This document shows positions 1 through 13,350 of a DNA stretch of 64,000 nucleotides, piece after piece; the stretch's first letter is position 1, and every line of letters starts with the position of its first letter. This stretch comes from Octopus vulgaris (Eukaryota). The position numbers and the translations under genes were made by a program. The stretch lies in NCBI GenBank assembly GCA_951406725.2, contig OX597819.1, positions 33,976,001 through 34,040,000 on the forward strand. The letters run 5' to 3'. The notes beneath the pieces were generated by a model. It saw only the letters and a list, made by a program, of their open reading frames with translations. It made no database searches and had not been told where the DNA came from.

Positions 1-620
1 GGCCAGTCGATGCGGTACTGGCTACGGCCACGTTCGGATGGTTTTCTTGTGTGCCACCGGTACTGGAACCACAAAGATACAAATTCCATTGATGTTCATC
101 TATTTTGATTTGGTTTGATTTGATTTTTGATTTTCACTTGCCTCAACAGGTCTTCACAAGGGTCACACACTTGCCTCAACAGGTCTCCACAAGTGTCACA
201 CACTTGCCTCTGCCTCAACAGGTCTTCACAAGTGTCACACACTTGCCTCAACAGGTCTTCACAAGTGTCATAAGAGGGAAGGTATGCACAGGTGGACTGA
301 CTACGTCGCCGGGTCTTCGGATGGTGTCTTTATGTGCCACCGACACAGGTGCCAGATGAGGCTGGCGAACGGCCACGATCGGATGGTGTTTGTTGTGCCC
401 ACAGCACGGAGGCCAGTCGATGCGGTACTGGCTACAGCCACGTTTGGGTGGTTTTCTTGTGTGCCACCGGCACTGGTACCACAAAGAATACAATTCCACT
501 GATGTTCATCTATTTTGATTTGTTTTGATTTGATTTGATTTTCACTTGCCTCAACAGGTCTTCATAAGTGTCACAAGAAGGAAGGTATGCACAGGAGGAC
601 TGACTACGTCCCAGGTAGGG
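1..620. repeat. Internally repeated RTE 3' UTR: a ~410-bp duplication and four ~32-bp tandem units
   Basis: ggccagtcgatgcggtactggctac occurs at 1 and 411; cacttgcctcaacaggtcttcacaagtgtcaca is repeated at about 135-270. Confidence 0.85.
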
Positions 621-639
621 GCCACGGGTTATGGCCTGA

Positions 640-3600
640 CTAGTCTTGCCGGGTCTTCTCACGCACAGCATACTTCCATAGGTCTCGGTCTCTAGACATT
701 TCCTTAGTGAGACCTAAAGTTCGAAGGTCGTGCTTCACCACCTCGTCCCAGGTTTTCCTGGGTCTACCTCTTCCACAGGTTCCCTCAACTGCTAGGGTGT
801 AGCACTTTTGCACACAACTATCTTCAGCCTTTCTCGTCACATGACCATACCAGCGCAGCCGTCTCTCTTGCACACCACAACTGACGCTTCTTAGGTTCAA
901 CTTTTCTCTCAAGGAACTTACACTCTGACGATTATGAACACTGACATTACACATCCATCGGAGCATACTGGCTTCATTTCTTGCGAGCTTACGCATATCC
1001 TCAGCAGTCACGGCCCATGTTTCACTACCATGTAGCATGGCTGTACGTACACATGCATCATACAGTCTGCCTTTTACTCTGAGCGAGAGGCCTTTTGTCA
1101 CCAGCAGGGGTAAGAGCTCTCTAAACTTTGCCCAGGCTATTCTTACTCTAGCAGTTACACTTTCAGCACACCCACCCCCGCTACTGACTTGGTCTCCTAG
1201 GTAGCGGAAGCTATCAACTACTTCTAGTTTGTCTCCCTGGAACGTGGCAGAAGTTGGTCTCTGCACATTTCCAGTGTTTATTGCTCCTGAGCATTTGCCA
1301 CAGACAAAAACTATTTTCCTAGTTAGCCTTCCTTTGACATTGCTGCACCTCTTATGTGTCCATAGCTTACACTTGGTGCATCTTATAGAGTTTCTACCTA
1401 CACCTTTTTTACAGATCGAGCAGGGCCATCTACCTGAAGGCGTTTGTGATTGATCTACCTTCCTACTTATTAGGACTTTGGTTTTGGCTAGGTTGATTCT
1501 AAGGCCCTTCGATTCTAACCTTGTTTCCACACCTGAAACTTCTCCTCCAGTTCTGATAGTGACTCAGCAATTAGAGCAAGGTCATCAGCATAGAGGAGCT
1601 CCCAGGGGCAACCTGTCTTGAATTCCTCCGTTATTGCCTGGAGGACTATGATAAATAGGAGGGGACTGAGGACTGAACCTTGGTGGACCCCAACCTCTAC
1701 CCGGAATTCTTCACTGTACTCGTTGCCAACCCTCACCTTACTAGCAGCGTCTCTGTACATAGCTTGCACAGCTCTCACCAACCATTCTTCTATCCCTAGT
1801 TTCCTCATTGACCACCAGATAAGGGATCGGGGGACCCTGTCAAAGGCTTTCTCCAAGTCAACAAAAGCCAGGTACAAGGGCTTATCTTTGGCTAGGTATT
1901 TCTCCTGCAGCTGTCTTACCAGGAATATAGCATCAGTAGTACTTTTCCCTGGCACGAACCCAAACTGCATATCATCTAAGCTAACTCTCTCTCTAATTAG
2001 TTGGGCTATAACCCTCTCCGTAACCTTCATTACCTGATCCAGCAGCTTGATGCCCCTGTAGTTATTTGTCTCTAGGGCGTCGCCTTTACCTTTGTAGCAG
2101 TTGACTATTATGCTGCTACACCAGTCATTGGGTATGACCCCCTCGTGTATCACCTGGTTAACTATACGGGTGACTAAGCTATAGCCGACACCACCAGATA
2201 TTTTGAGCATCTCTGCAGTAATTCCTGATGGGCCTGGGGCTTTCCCTGTTTTCATGCTTCTAATTGCCTTATCTACTAAGGAACTGTTAACTCGGATTGC
2301 TGGTCCCTCTGTTGGGTCGACATTCGGCAGACTCTCTTTATCCCATTCATTTTCTTCATTCAGCAACCTATCATAGTGGCGTCTCCAAGCTCTCTCTTTG
2401 CATCCTCATTAAGCGCAAGTGAACCGTCATCCTTGCGAACACATTTCTCTCCTACCACGTCACGATTCTCTCTCACACACTGTCTTGCAACACGAAATAC
2501 CTCAAGTCTTTCATCCTCACGGCGCAGGACATTGGCAAATTTTTCCTTATCTGCCTCCCCTCTGGCTAGATAGACCTGTCTCCTGGCTTCCCTTCTGGCA
2601 GACTGATACACTTCCCTGCTACCACCGTTCTTCCAGGCCTTCCAAGCCTGTTTCTTTTGTCTAATAGCCCTGTCAACAATATTGTTCCACCACCACGTTA
2701 TTTTGGGTCTTAAGGGGACTTTGCACCAGCCACAGATCTGGTCAGCGGCTTTCAGCAGGTTGTCCCTCAGAAGCGTCCAGTTGTCTTCTACCCCATGCGT
2801 AGCTATACTCCCTTCCATTTCGTCTAAGGCTTCAAATAACATATCTCTAAATCTCTGTCCATTCGCAGGGTCTTTAAGCTTCCAGACCCTTCTTCTCCAT
2901 GTTGGTCGTCTTCTAGTCGCCCTCTTAGTCCTGATCCTAAAGTCACTAACTACCAGTCTATGTTGTGGGGTGCATTCTTCGCCTGGGAAGGTATTGGCAT
3001 TTATAAGCAGCCATCTTTCCTTTTTCTGGCAAGGATGTAGTCGATTTGGCTAGTATGCCGGCCCGATTGGTAGTGACCAGGTGGCTTGTCGGTTTCCTGA
3101 AGTTAGTGTTGCAAACCATAAGACTATTCGCTCGCAGAACTCCAGCAGCCTGGTTCCCTCCTCGTTGCGGGAACCATAACCGTAGCCTCCATGTACGCCA
3201 TGGAAGCCCCCAGCATGTCGTCCAACATGCCCATTGAAATCACCAGCCACAAAGAGAAGGTCCCTGTCGTTCGTCAATGAAGTGGTCTGCAGTAGGGTGT
3301 CATAGAAACTGTCTTTCTGTCCATCGGGTAGCCCTGGCTGAGGGGCATAGGCCGATATAATGGTTGCTAATCTATGATGAAGCACTATTCTAATCTTAAG
3401 TATTCTGTCACTTACTCTGATTACCTCAATTACTTTATCTACCCATTTCTCACGATAAGTATACCCACGCCACCAACCCCGTCAGTGTTCCCTGCCCAGA
3501 AAATCTTGTACCTGTGTTCTTTGCCTGTGAGGAACCTAGCAGATCCTCCTCTCCACCTTATTTCTTGCATGCAACATACATCAACATATCTCCGTTCAAG

Positions 3601-3762
3601 CATCTCGACTATCTCGCCAGACCTACCTTTCAGTATGCCAACGTTGAGGGTGCCCACCCTGAGGGTGTGGAAGGTATGGGCCCTAGAGGCCCAGGGACGG
3701 GGAGCAGTGGCGTCATGTACCTGAAAAGAAGAAAGCTCGCATTTGGCAGAATTCATAAGCAA
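640..3762 (-). pseudogene. RTE ORF (APE endonuclease + reverse transcriptase + PHD-like finger), split by -1 frameshifts
   Basis: ORFs 3439-3762, 3050-3385, 2360-2842, 1515-2366 and 640-1530 join into one collinear protein if single bases are restored near 3443, 3132, 3073, 3020, 2390 and 1518. Confidence 0.9.
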
Positions 3763-3956
3763 AGCAATGATCTTAAGTTCAACCTACTACACCACACTAT
3801 CATGTTTTGCGCCATATGGTCACCACCTTATATAGTAGGGGTGGTATTGGCTTAAGGCCTTTAAGTATTCATGGAAGAAAAGCAAAGGAAGACAAGGTGA
3901 GATAAGGACTTCCGGTACAGGTGGAGGGGGCGGTTGCACCGCGCACTGGGGAAGAT

Positions 3957-4128
3957 GAGATTTAAGCGACAAAAAGACAAGATTTGAGATGAAATGCTTG
4001 CGGTCGTGTGAATAAGTTTCTATGAGTGAAAGTTGGGAAAGATGGGGTAGAGATTTAAGCGACAGAAAGACAAGATTTGAGACGAAAAGCTTTGCGGTCG
4101 TGTGAATAAGTTTCTGTGAGTGAGAGTT
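3957..4128. repeat. Two ~93-bp-period tandem repeats in the RTE 5' UTR
   Basis: gagatttaagcgacaNaaagacaagatttgagaNgaaa...gcggtcgtgtgaataagtttct at about 3957 and 4050. Confidence 0.85.
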
Positions 4129-4515
4129 TATATGTTGTGGAGAAATGCTTCAGCTAGCATTTGAGACGAAAGACAACGATAATAAAAGGGGAAACAATAA
4201 GGCATGATGGTGATAATACTTGCAAAAAAACAATGAAAGGAGGAAACAGGTCGGAAACTTAATATATCTTAGCTGATATTTTTCATCCTGAGGTTCGTGT
4301 TTCGTGTGTTACTGCCAGGAGAAAAAAATACATATATATATATATACACACATATATGACGGGCTTCTTTCAGTTTCCATCTACCAAATCCACTCACAAG
4401 ACTTTGGTCGGCCCGAGGCTATAGAAGACATTTGCCCAAGGTGCCACGCAGTGGAACTGAACCTGGAACAGACACACAAACACACACACACCTATATATA
4501 TATATATATATATAT

Positions 4516-5737
4516 CATCATCATCATCATCATCATCATTTAGCGTCCGTTTTCCATGCTAGCATGGGTTGGACGGTTCTACTGGGGTCTGTGAAGCCAG
4601 AAGGCTTCATCAGGCCCAGTCAAATCTGGCAGTGTTTCTACGGCTGGATGCCCTTCCTAACGCCAACCACTCCGTGAGTGTAGTGGGTGCTTTTTACGTG
4701 CCACCCGCACTGGTGCCAGACAGAGCTGGCAAACGGCCACGAACGGATGGTGCTTTTTATGTGCCACCGGCACGAGGGCCAGGCGAGGCTGGCAACGGAC
4801 ACGAAACGGGGCGGTGCTGGCAACGGTCGCGAAACGGAAAGTTCTCTTACATGCCACCGGCACTGGTAACACATCTGCAATTTCCATTGATCGATTTCGA
4901 TTCTGATCCTCACTTGCCTCAATGGGTCTTCACAAGCAGAGTTTCGACATGCCACCGGCACTGGTAGCACATCCGCAATTTCCATTGATCGATTTCGATT
5001 CTGATCCTCACTTGCCTCAACACGTCTTCACAAGTAGAGTTTTGTGTCCCAAGAAGGGAAGGTATGCATACGTAGGCTGGCTCCATCCCATGTAGAAGGC
5101 CACGGGTTGTGGACTCACTTGTCCTGCCGGGTCTTCTCGCGCACAGCACACTTCCAGAGGTCTCGGTCTCTAGTCATTTCCTCGGTGAGACCTAAAGTTC
5201 GAAGGTCGTGCTTCACCACCTCGTCCCAGGTTTTCCTGGGTCTGCCTCTTCCACAGGTTCCCTCAACCGCTAGGGTGTGGCACTTTTTCACACAACTATC
5301 TCATCCATTCTCGCCACATGACCATACCAGCGCAAACGTCTCTCTTGCACACCACAACTGATGCTTCTTAGGTCCAGCTTTTCTCTCAAGGTACTTACAC
5401 TCTGCCGAGTGTGAGTACTGGCATTACACATCCATCGGAGCATACTGGCTTCATTTCTAGCGAGCTTACGCATATCCTCAGCAGTCACGGCCCATGTTTC
5501 ACTGCCATGTAGCATGGCTGTTCGTACACACGCATCATACAGTCTGCCTTTCACTCTGTGCGAGAGGCCTTTTGTCACCAGCAGAGGTAAGAGCTCTCTG
5601 AACTTTGCCCAAGCTATTCTTACTCTAGCAGTTACACTTTCAGCACACCCGCCCCCGCTGCTGACTTGGTCACCTAGGTAACGGAAACTATCAACTATTT
5701 CTAGTTTTTCTCCCTCGGAAACTATCAACTATTTCTA
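4516..5737 (-). mobile_element. 5'-truncated RTE copy (same family) with 3' UTR and (ATG)n tail
   Basis: ORF 5288-5728 is nearly identical to the C-terminus of 640-1530; (CAT)n tail at 4516-4539; 3' UTR repeats present. Confidence 0.93.
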
Positions 5738-6127
5738 CACACAAACATTGACATATAGGAACTACACACACATATACATACACATGTGCAATAAAATATC
5801 CAACTTTGCAATCAAAATTCAGATTCTGACTTATTTACAATGAAAATGTCTTCACACCAGCAATGGTATGAATAAAAACAAAGCAAATAAATAAACAAAT
5901 AGAAAAGAGGGAGAGGCAGAGAGGGGGAGAGGGGGGAGAGATAAAGACAATGACATATTCCCAGCCAATTGTTGCTGTCTCTGGCATTGAAATAGTACAG
6001 CAGCAACTATCAATATTTTACAATATTGGTGATTTAATGCAAAACATCCTGTGGCTGTTTATTTTCCTTCTTTTATATTAAACAACACCAGTTTCTTCCT
6101 AAATTCATTGCATTGGCGTAGACTATG

Positions 6128-6480
6128 AAGTAGAGAGAGAGAGAAAGACAGACTGACAGAGAGCAAGGGAGGAGAGAGAAAGAGACAGACAGACAGGGAG
6201 CAAGGGAGAGAGAGAGAGAGAAAGCAAGAGAGTGGAGAAGAAGAGTAAGAGAAGAGGGGGAGAGAGGGATAGCAAGAGAGGAGAGAGAGTGCATGACAGG
6301 GGAGAGAGAGAGTGTATGACAGGAGAGAAAGAGTGAGCAAGAGGAAAGAGAGAGTGCACGAGAGGGGAGAGAGGGAGCGCATGAGAGGAGAGAGAGAGCA
6401 AGAGAGGTGAGAGAGAGAGTGAGCAAGAGAGAGGAGAGAGAAAGAGCAAGAGAGAGGGTAGAGAGAGAGAACAAGAGAAA

Positions 6481-6482
<2 letters not shown>
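6128..6482. repeat. Degenerate (GA)n polypurine tract
   Basis: About 350 bp of almost pure A/G sequence followed by (TA)n. Confidence 0.9.
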
Positions 6483-6527
<45 letters not shown>

Positions 6528-6683
6528 ACATACATACATACATACACACACACTCATTCATTTGTATGTATGTTTATGAATATATAAGTGTGTATATATA
6601 CACCTATTAGATATTGCAACCAATCATTACATATATATATATATGTACATTTGTATGCACACACAAACTTTTATGTATATATG

Positions 6684-6739
<56 letters not shown>

Positions 6740-6741
6740 CA

Positions 6742-6870
6742 TTATGTAGTTATCAGTTGTGGTCAGTCAGAAAGTGATACCATTAGTTTCATGCCTATCA
6801 TTGCTCTTAGCAATAACAGACACAAAACTAACAGTAACTTTTTGACCAGCCATAACCAATAACTACATAA
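6742..6870. repeat. Imperfect palindrome (~62-bp arms) next to a (TA)n tract
   Basis: ttatgtagttatcagttgtggtcagtcag...attgct pairs with agcaataac...gaccagccataaccaataactacataa; many mismatches are CA/TG pairs typical of CpG decay. Confidence 0.75.
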
Positions 6871-7405
6871 AATGTTACTGCTAAAAAAATTATTTAAGTG
6901 TGCGTTTTTTTCATATTATGAAAAACTGACTGATATATAAATATTCATATCCAAATTTAGGGAATGCAGTAAATAAAATCCAGGTTACATATATTTTTGT
7001 CTATTCAGTTCCCTAAATTTGGATTTTTATTTGCATACACAGCAATTCCGGCTACTAACTGGGAACTATAAAATTGTCTTTTTTCAGCTTATTGAACTTC
7101 AATATCGGAAAAATTTACAACTTTCTACGTCAATAAACCACTGTTGTTCCTGAAAGTTGTTTTTGTACATTCTACAGACTGCTCGAAGGTTAGTAACCTC
7201 CTACATCTTGATCCTTGGATCTTACCTTAGCACGACAGGCAAAATGCTTAGTTCCATTTTGCCCAGTTTTACATTCTGAGTTCAAATTCCACCAAGGTCA
7301 TTTTTACTTTTTGTTCTTTTAGGGCCGAAAAAAAAAAGTACCAGTTGACATAATCAACTATACCCTTCCCCCAAAATTACTAGCCTTGTACCAAAATTTG
7401 AAACC

Positions 7406-7450
<45 letters not shown>

Positions 7451-7909
7451 ACATATTTGTTGGTTTCAACAATGAATATTCAGTTGTTTCACCAACTGAA
7501 GTATCAGGTGATTGAATTAACATGTAAGTGGCTAAGCATTTCTTAGACTTGTGTACCTTTAATGAATTACCCCAAACAGAATCATCACAACACAATATTT
7601 GACAAGGCTGTGCATTTGACTCACAGGTACAATCTATCTGACATGATTTTTATCCAGTTTCCATCTCCTCAATTTCATTCACAAGGAATGGATGAAGCCA
7701 AAGCTATAGAAAATGGTACATCAGTTCTCACTGCCTATAAAACAACAATGATTCTTCCAAATATCCCCCCTACATCGTTTCTCTACTCCACCTGATAAAC
7801 CTTCGTGACCATTTTCCGCATTTCATCTATAATTATTTTGCGTCATCCTCCTTATTTATATAATCCCCCCCACACACACACACAGAGTTTGCCTAGAAAC
7901 ATAAACCAC

Positions 7910-8460
7910 TCCATACTTTACCTATAAAATCAACTTATAAATCTTCTGCATTGTTCCCTTACTTTTACCTATAAACCTCCAGAATTACCCCCTACTTTTA
8001 CCTATACACCATCATAATTACCCCTTACTCTTACCTATAAACCTTCACAATTTCCCCCTACTTTTACCTATAGACCTTCACAATTTCCCCCTACTTTTCC
8101 CTATAAACCTTCATAATTCCCCCCCACACACACACACACACACTTTTACCCATAAACCTATACAACTTCCCCTCTTACTCCACCTATAAACTTACACCAT
8201 TTCCCCCTCTCCCTCTATAAACCTATAAACACTACTTCCCCTCGCACACACACACTTTTTTACCCCCTACTTTATTCATAAACTCTATAAACTATATCAT
8301 CATTGTCCCCCACCCATTCGGCAAACCTATATATACCATTCCCTCAGATCCAAACATATTTTCCCTTATATTCTATGCATAAACCTAAGCTATTCACCCA
8401 CACATACACATTTTGCCTATAAACCTACACAATTTCTCCCCTGCTACATTATCTACACAC
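7910..8460. repeat. Degenerate ~31-bp minisatellite (cttttacctataaaccttcacaatttcccccta)
   Basis: Repeated tacctataaacc / ttcccccta units on a pyrimidine-rich strand. Confidence 0.8.
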
Positions 8461-9052
8461 TCTTTACCCCACAACACACACATACTGCCCCTATATTATG
8501 AATGTACACCATTTCTCCTTGCACTCCCATATACCTTTCTTCCTATCATACCCCCTACTCTACATAATCTTTCTCATTCTCTCAATCCCAAACAATACCC
8601 TATTCATTCAATTCTTTATGGGCCCTTAAACAAAAACTGCGCTCACCATCAACACCCTCCACATTCTTCTTCAGCTAAACAATATCTCCATAGGAATTTC
8701 ATATCTCTAATAACTTTATTAACGCCAAAATGAGTATGGGGACACGGACACACACAGAGGATACATCAAGATTTGAATGCAATACGCACACAATGAGACT
8801 TACTATCGAAGACACACACACACACACACAATCAATATATATGCAGATTGATTTGCACAATACATGCATACAAACTGCATTATACATACACACATACATA
8901 CATAATTTTGTACCTTAAGAAATCATATTGCTAAAATCAATAAAAAATAATCAATCAATAACAAACCTTTAAGGCAGCAGTTACAGCTAGTGGATGATAT
9001 GATAGCAAGAGGAAGCAACTGGAGTGTGAGTAGTATAGGGTGTAGTACCTGC

Positions 9053-9090
<38 letters not shown>

Positions 9091-9526
9091 ATATATGAAC
9101 AGAATGTGGTTAACATTCAGAGATCCTGACAGTTATGTGGCCAACCAAACTATCCATTCATCAATCCAACAATCCAATAATCTATCTTTCCATCTCTCTT
9201 CCATCAAATCATTCATCCAGTCATCCATCCATTGATCTGCGGTAACAATAGACCTGTTAGAGTAGATATATGGCCTAAATGTAGGCTTCTTTATTATCCT
9301 TGTTTTTATCGATCCATTGCCTTGATGTGGCCCTTGTTAGCCCTGCTATGGGAGATCTATGGCTTAGCTACATACATTTGACTAAATTTCTGTTTAATCC
9401 ATATTCTATTAATAACTGTCCTAACCTTATTGTATGCTAGATCCTGTGCAAGAATTCAAAACCTAAAACCAGTTATCTCACATAAAAACATATCACATTT
9501 ACAAACACACACACATACACATACAA

Positions 9527-9565
<39 letters not shown>

Positions 9566-9770
9566 AGGAAGAAAAAGCATGGGCACAGGCATGGCTGTGT
9601 GGTAAGAAGCTTGCCTTCCAGCCACATGATTCCAGGCTCAGTCCCATTGTGTGGCACCTTCGGCAAGTCTTTTGTTCTATGGCCTCAGACTAACCAAATC
9701 CTTGTAAGTAGCTGAGGTAGATGGAAACTGAAAGAACCCCACTGTACATGTATATATACATATATATATA

Positions 9771-10921
9771 TTGAGTCATCCCATAAATAATGTGGTTTTT
9801 TTCAATTGCATTAACTAAAAGTCAGAGGGGAATGGGATAAAGTACCTGCATCAACTTGCTATAAAAGCAGGTAGTAATTTTACATTGTCCTTATTCTTAG
9901 TACAAGTTTTGAAAAGTGCGGTTCGATTTTAACAGTTATTCAAAGCTATAATAGAAGTGACAAAGGATTGTATTTGGCATATTTTGCTTTATAAGTTCAA
10001 AAAAGGCAACAATGCAATGGAAAGTGTGAGGAATATTAATGCAGTATATGTGGATCAAACAATAAGCGTAAGCCAGTGTCAACAGTGATTCCAAAAATTC
10101 CAAACCGGAAACTACAGCCTAGAAGACAAGCCTAATCTGGGAAGATCTGTAGAGCTCGACAAGGACATCCTGCAAACTCTGGTGGCACAAAATCCCATAG
10201 CAACTGTTAAAGAATTAGCAGAAAAGCTTGAATTTGGTCATTCAACCATTTATTGACACCTGTGTGCCATCAGAAGCCAGCAAATTGTGTCAATGGGTTT
10301 CTCACAAAGTTTTCAAGTTTAATCACTTGCAGAGATATGAATGTGTGCTCTTCTTTGTTGTCACATCTCATGAATGAACCTTTTTTGGACCGAAGAGTGA
10401 CTGGTGACACGAAATGGGTTCTCTATAAAAATGTCAAGTGCAAAAGACAGTGGGTAGGGAAACGAGAAACACTAGCACCCCAAGCTAAAGAAGGTCTTCA
10501 CCCACATAAGATGTTATCTTTTTGGTGAGATATGAAAGGTTTAATCCACTTTGAAATCTTTAAAGCCAAACAAAATGACAACAAAGATCTACTGTGAGCA
10601 GCTTGACCACATACAGCGAGGAGGATGTTCCAAATGCTGGAGCAGTTTCAATAAGAAACAATGCCCCACCCACCATATTCACTAAACATTATTCCATCTG
10701 AAAAATCATTTGGACAGAGAAAATATGAATTCTGTAGACAAGGTCAGAACAGTATTGGAGGAGTATTTTTCATCATGGACAAGTTAATTTTGGAAGATGG
10801 GCCTTACAAGTCTACCGGGTAGATTGAAGAGCATTGTAGATTAAAAAAGAACTTTGTTTATCTTAATTTTGAAAAATAAAAGAAGTATAAAAAAAAATAC
10901 CTTATTTATGGGATGACCTAA
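9771..10921 (+). mobile_element. mariner DNA transposon relic
   Basis: TIRs ttgagtcatcccataaataa / ttatttatgggatgacctaa flanked by TA; decayed transposase (HILLYKFKKGNNA, FLDRRVTGDTKWVLY, EGLHPHK). Confidence 0.92.
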
Positions 10922-11150
10922 TACTCATATAGTAATAATAATAATCCTTGGATGGAATTTATAGATTGCATCCAAAGATTATTATTGTTATTACTATATC
11001 TATCCTACATTGTATCAGCACAGCTCAGTCTGACCTCAAAAATTTAGTATTGCCAGTTGGCATCATTAGGCTGTACTCGACATAATAAAATAGGAGTTTT
11101 TATATGCATAAATGAACTTAAAGGATATTATATATATATGAACTTAAAGG

Positions 11151-11186
<36 letters not shown>

Positions 11187-12197
11187 AGAATGGAAAGTTC
11201 TGTATACATATGGGATAGGTATATAAGAAAGAAAAGAAATGTAAATGTCACAGAAAGTTTGTATAATAAAGTTTATGGTGATATTAGGATCATAATACAT
11301 CATTACATCATTACAAATTAAATAAGTACAGGTTTCCCGATCAGATGATTGTCAACTTATATTGAGAAAACATTTTTGCTGTCAATAGGACACCATCTTT
11401 GAAAAAAAGTGAACAGAGATGAAGCAATATCTCAAGGGGAGCAACTCTTATTCTTTCATGATTTTGCAGAATATTGGAAATAATTGACACTGCATGCATA
11501 ACAATGACACTCGTTTACAACTATCCTTTGCTATCAAGACAAGAAGGCACAAACATACACAGACTCATGCATACATACACTAACACACACTGATGCACAT
11601 GCACACATTCTTGTACACACACTTGCACATACACATGCATGCATGCGCACACACAATCATGATTGGTTTCTCTCAGTTTCCCTCTATCTAATCCAATCAC
11701 AAGGTTTTTGGTCAGCCTTGGGCTATAGTAGAAGGCACTTGCCTAAAGTGCACACAGTATAAAACTGAACTCAAAGTCATGTGGTTGGGAAGCAATATTT
11801 TCAATCACACAGCCACACTTGCATCTTATTTTATAAATTTTAGACTGAGATTCTGAAAATGAAATTCATGTTATTTTATTGATAAGAGACTGAATTATTA
11901 TGGAGCTAACATTCTAGAATAAAAAAAGGAAAAAAATCTTTTCCAGCAGCAACAGAAACTCTTTCATAATCGCAAGTTTCGGTTTGATAGGAAACAAGGA
12001 AATTACATTATGTGATATTTTTCTATGTCTTTCTCAAAACTATTGGTGATGTAAGAGTTTACATCAATAATATAATCCAATCATTAATGAAGAGTATGTG
12101 ATTATTTCAGTTCTACAGTTCTCCACTAGTCAACGGCTCTAGTGAAGAACATCCATATAACCATTCATCCATTTGCGCTATTCCTGCTATTCCTGGG

Positions 12198-12568
12198 CAC
12201 CTCTTCTAGTCAGAAGTAACTGTCATTACATTTTCTAGCTCAATTCCCAATAATGACCAAATGACATCATGGATATTATATAACCATTTCACTCTTGGTG
12301 AACGAACCCCTAGGGTTCCTGACAGTTGGCTTGCCTTGAAGAATCTCTCCTGCAATCTTTTCTTTTCATGAAGGAAGGCCATTGGGGGGTAGAGTCTTCA
12401 GGTACCTCTTCTATAGGGTCCTATCAGAAGTAACTGTCGTTACATTTTCTAGCTGGGTTCCCAATAATGACCACGGGTATTTTCCAATCATTGCACTCTT
12501 AGTGAACCCCTAGGTCTCCTGGCAATTGACTTGTCTTGAAGAATCTGTCTTGCAATCTTTTCCTTCAG
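12198..12568 (-). mobile_element. Two diverged tandem fragments of an old LINE 3' coding end
   Basis: Units at about 12198-12368 and 12405-12568; the minus strand reads EKIAGEILQGKPTVRNPRG and KIARQILQDKSIARRPRG...SDR, matching the RTE-type RRPRGRP tail. Confidence 0.6.
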
Positions 12569-13029
12569 TGGCATTATAACAAGAACAAGAACAAATAATT
12601 ACAAATATCAGCTTTTGGAAATTGTATCAGATGTCATTAGAGTCTTACTCTTTAATAAAGAATGAAGTATTTTCTATGAACTGTAATACTTCTTAAATGT
12701 AAGAAAGATTGAACAATTAATTGACTCATATGCTAATTAAAGGTCGAATATTTATTTTATGGTTAATGTATAGCTGTTTCTTTAGCAACAATTGAAGAGA
12801 AGACAACGATAATAATTCTAATAACACTATATTAAAATACATAATTAGATACAATCAGATATTGGTCAAACATCATTATAATTATCTTGAAGAGCTACAA
12901 AACTAAGGTTGATATCTCCATCAATTCATTTTTATCTTTACTTCATAATAATATCTATTAAATTCGTTATTTTTATAACAATGCTGATGCATATGTTAAC
13001 CTCTCTCTCTCTCTTTATCTTCAGTCATT

Positions 13030-13350
13030 CAGCACCTTGGGCAAGTGTCCTCTACTGTAGCCTCAGGCTGACCAAAACCTTGTGAGTGGCTTTGGTAGAC
13101 GGAAACTGAAAGAAGCTCATCGTTTATATGCATATATATATGTATATGTGTGTATATGCTTGTGCGTCTGTGTTTGCCCCCCACCCCCACATCACTTGAC
13201 AACCGATGCTAGTGTGTTTATGTCCCAATCACTTAGCGGTTTGGCAAAAGAGACCAAAGAATAAGTCCTGGGGTCGATTTGCTTGACTGAAGGTGGTGCT
13301 GCAGCATGGCCACAGTCAAATGACTGAAAGAAGTAGAAGAGTAAAAGAGT
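13030..13350 (+). mobile_element. SINE family A (CORE-like, tRNA-derived), 5'-truncated
   Basis: ccttgggcaagtgtc...gtagacggaaactgaaagaagc...cagcatggccacagtcaaatgactgaaa, matching the full copy at 59169. Confidence 0.85.

Larger units (their letters stand above)
1..4320 (-). mobile_element. Near-full-length RTE-clade LINE retrotransposon (5' UTR, APE-RT ORF, repetitive 3' UTR running off the window start)
   Basis: Minus-strand ORF pieces give an APE endonuclease (LRVGTLNVG...VDVCCMQEIRW, AYAPQ, VAGDFNGHVG, IDYIL, QHRLVV), RT (KAPGPSGI, NYRGIKLL, QFGFVPGKSTTDAIF, FVDLEKAFDRV, GVHQGSVLSP, YADD) and the RTE C-terminus (FRYLG, LHGSETW, RLRWYGHV, RGRPRKTW). The 5' boundary near 4320 is approximate. 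Confidence 0.95.

Noticed and set aside
1618-3053. Plus-strand ORFs over the RTE
   Set aside because: Antisense shadows of the RT frame with no independent motifs.
4200-4325. HDV-like ribozyme at the RTE 5' end
   Set aside because: Known from some RTE elements, but I could not build the nested double pseudoknot from this sequence.
12198-12568. Duplicated snoRNA or miRNA pair
   Set aside because: Minus-strand translation matches a LINE C-terminal motif and no stable hairpin or box motifs are evident.
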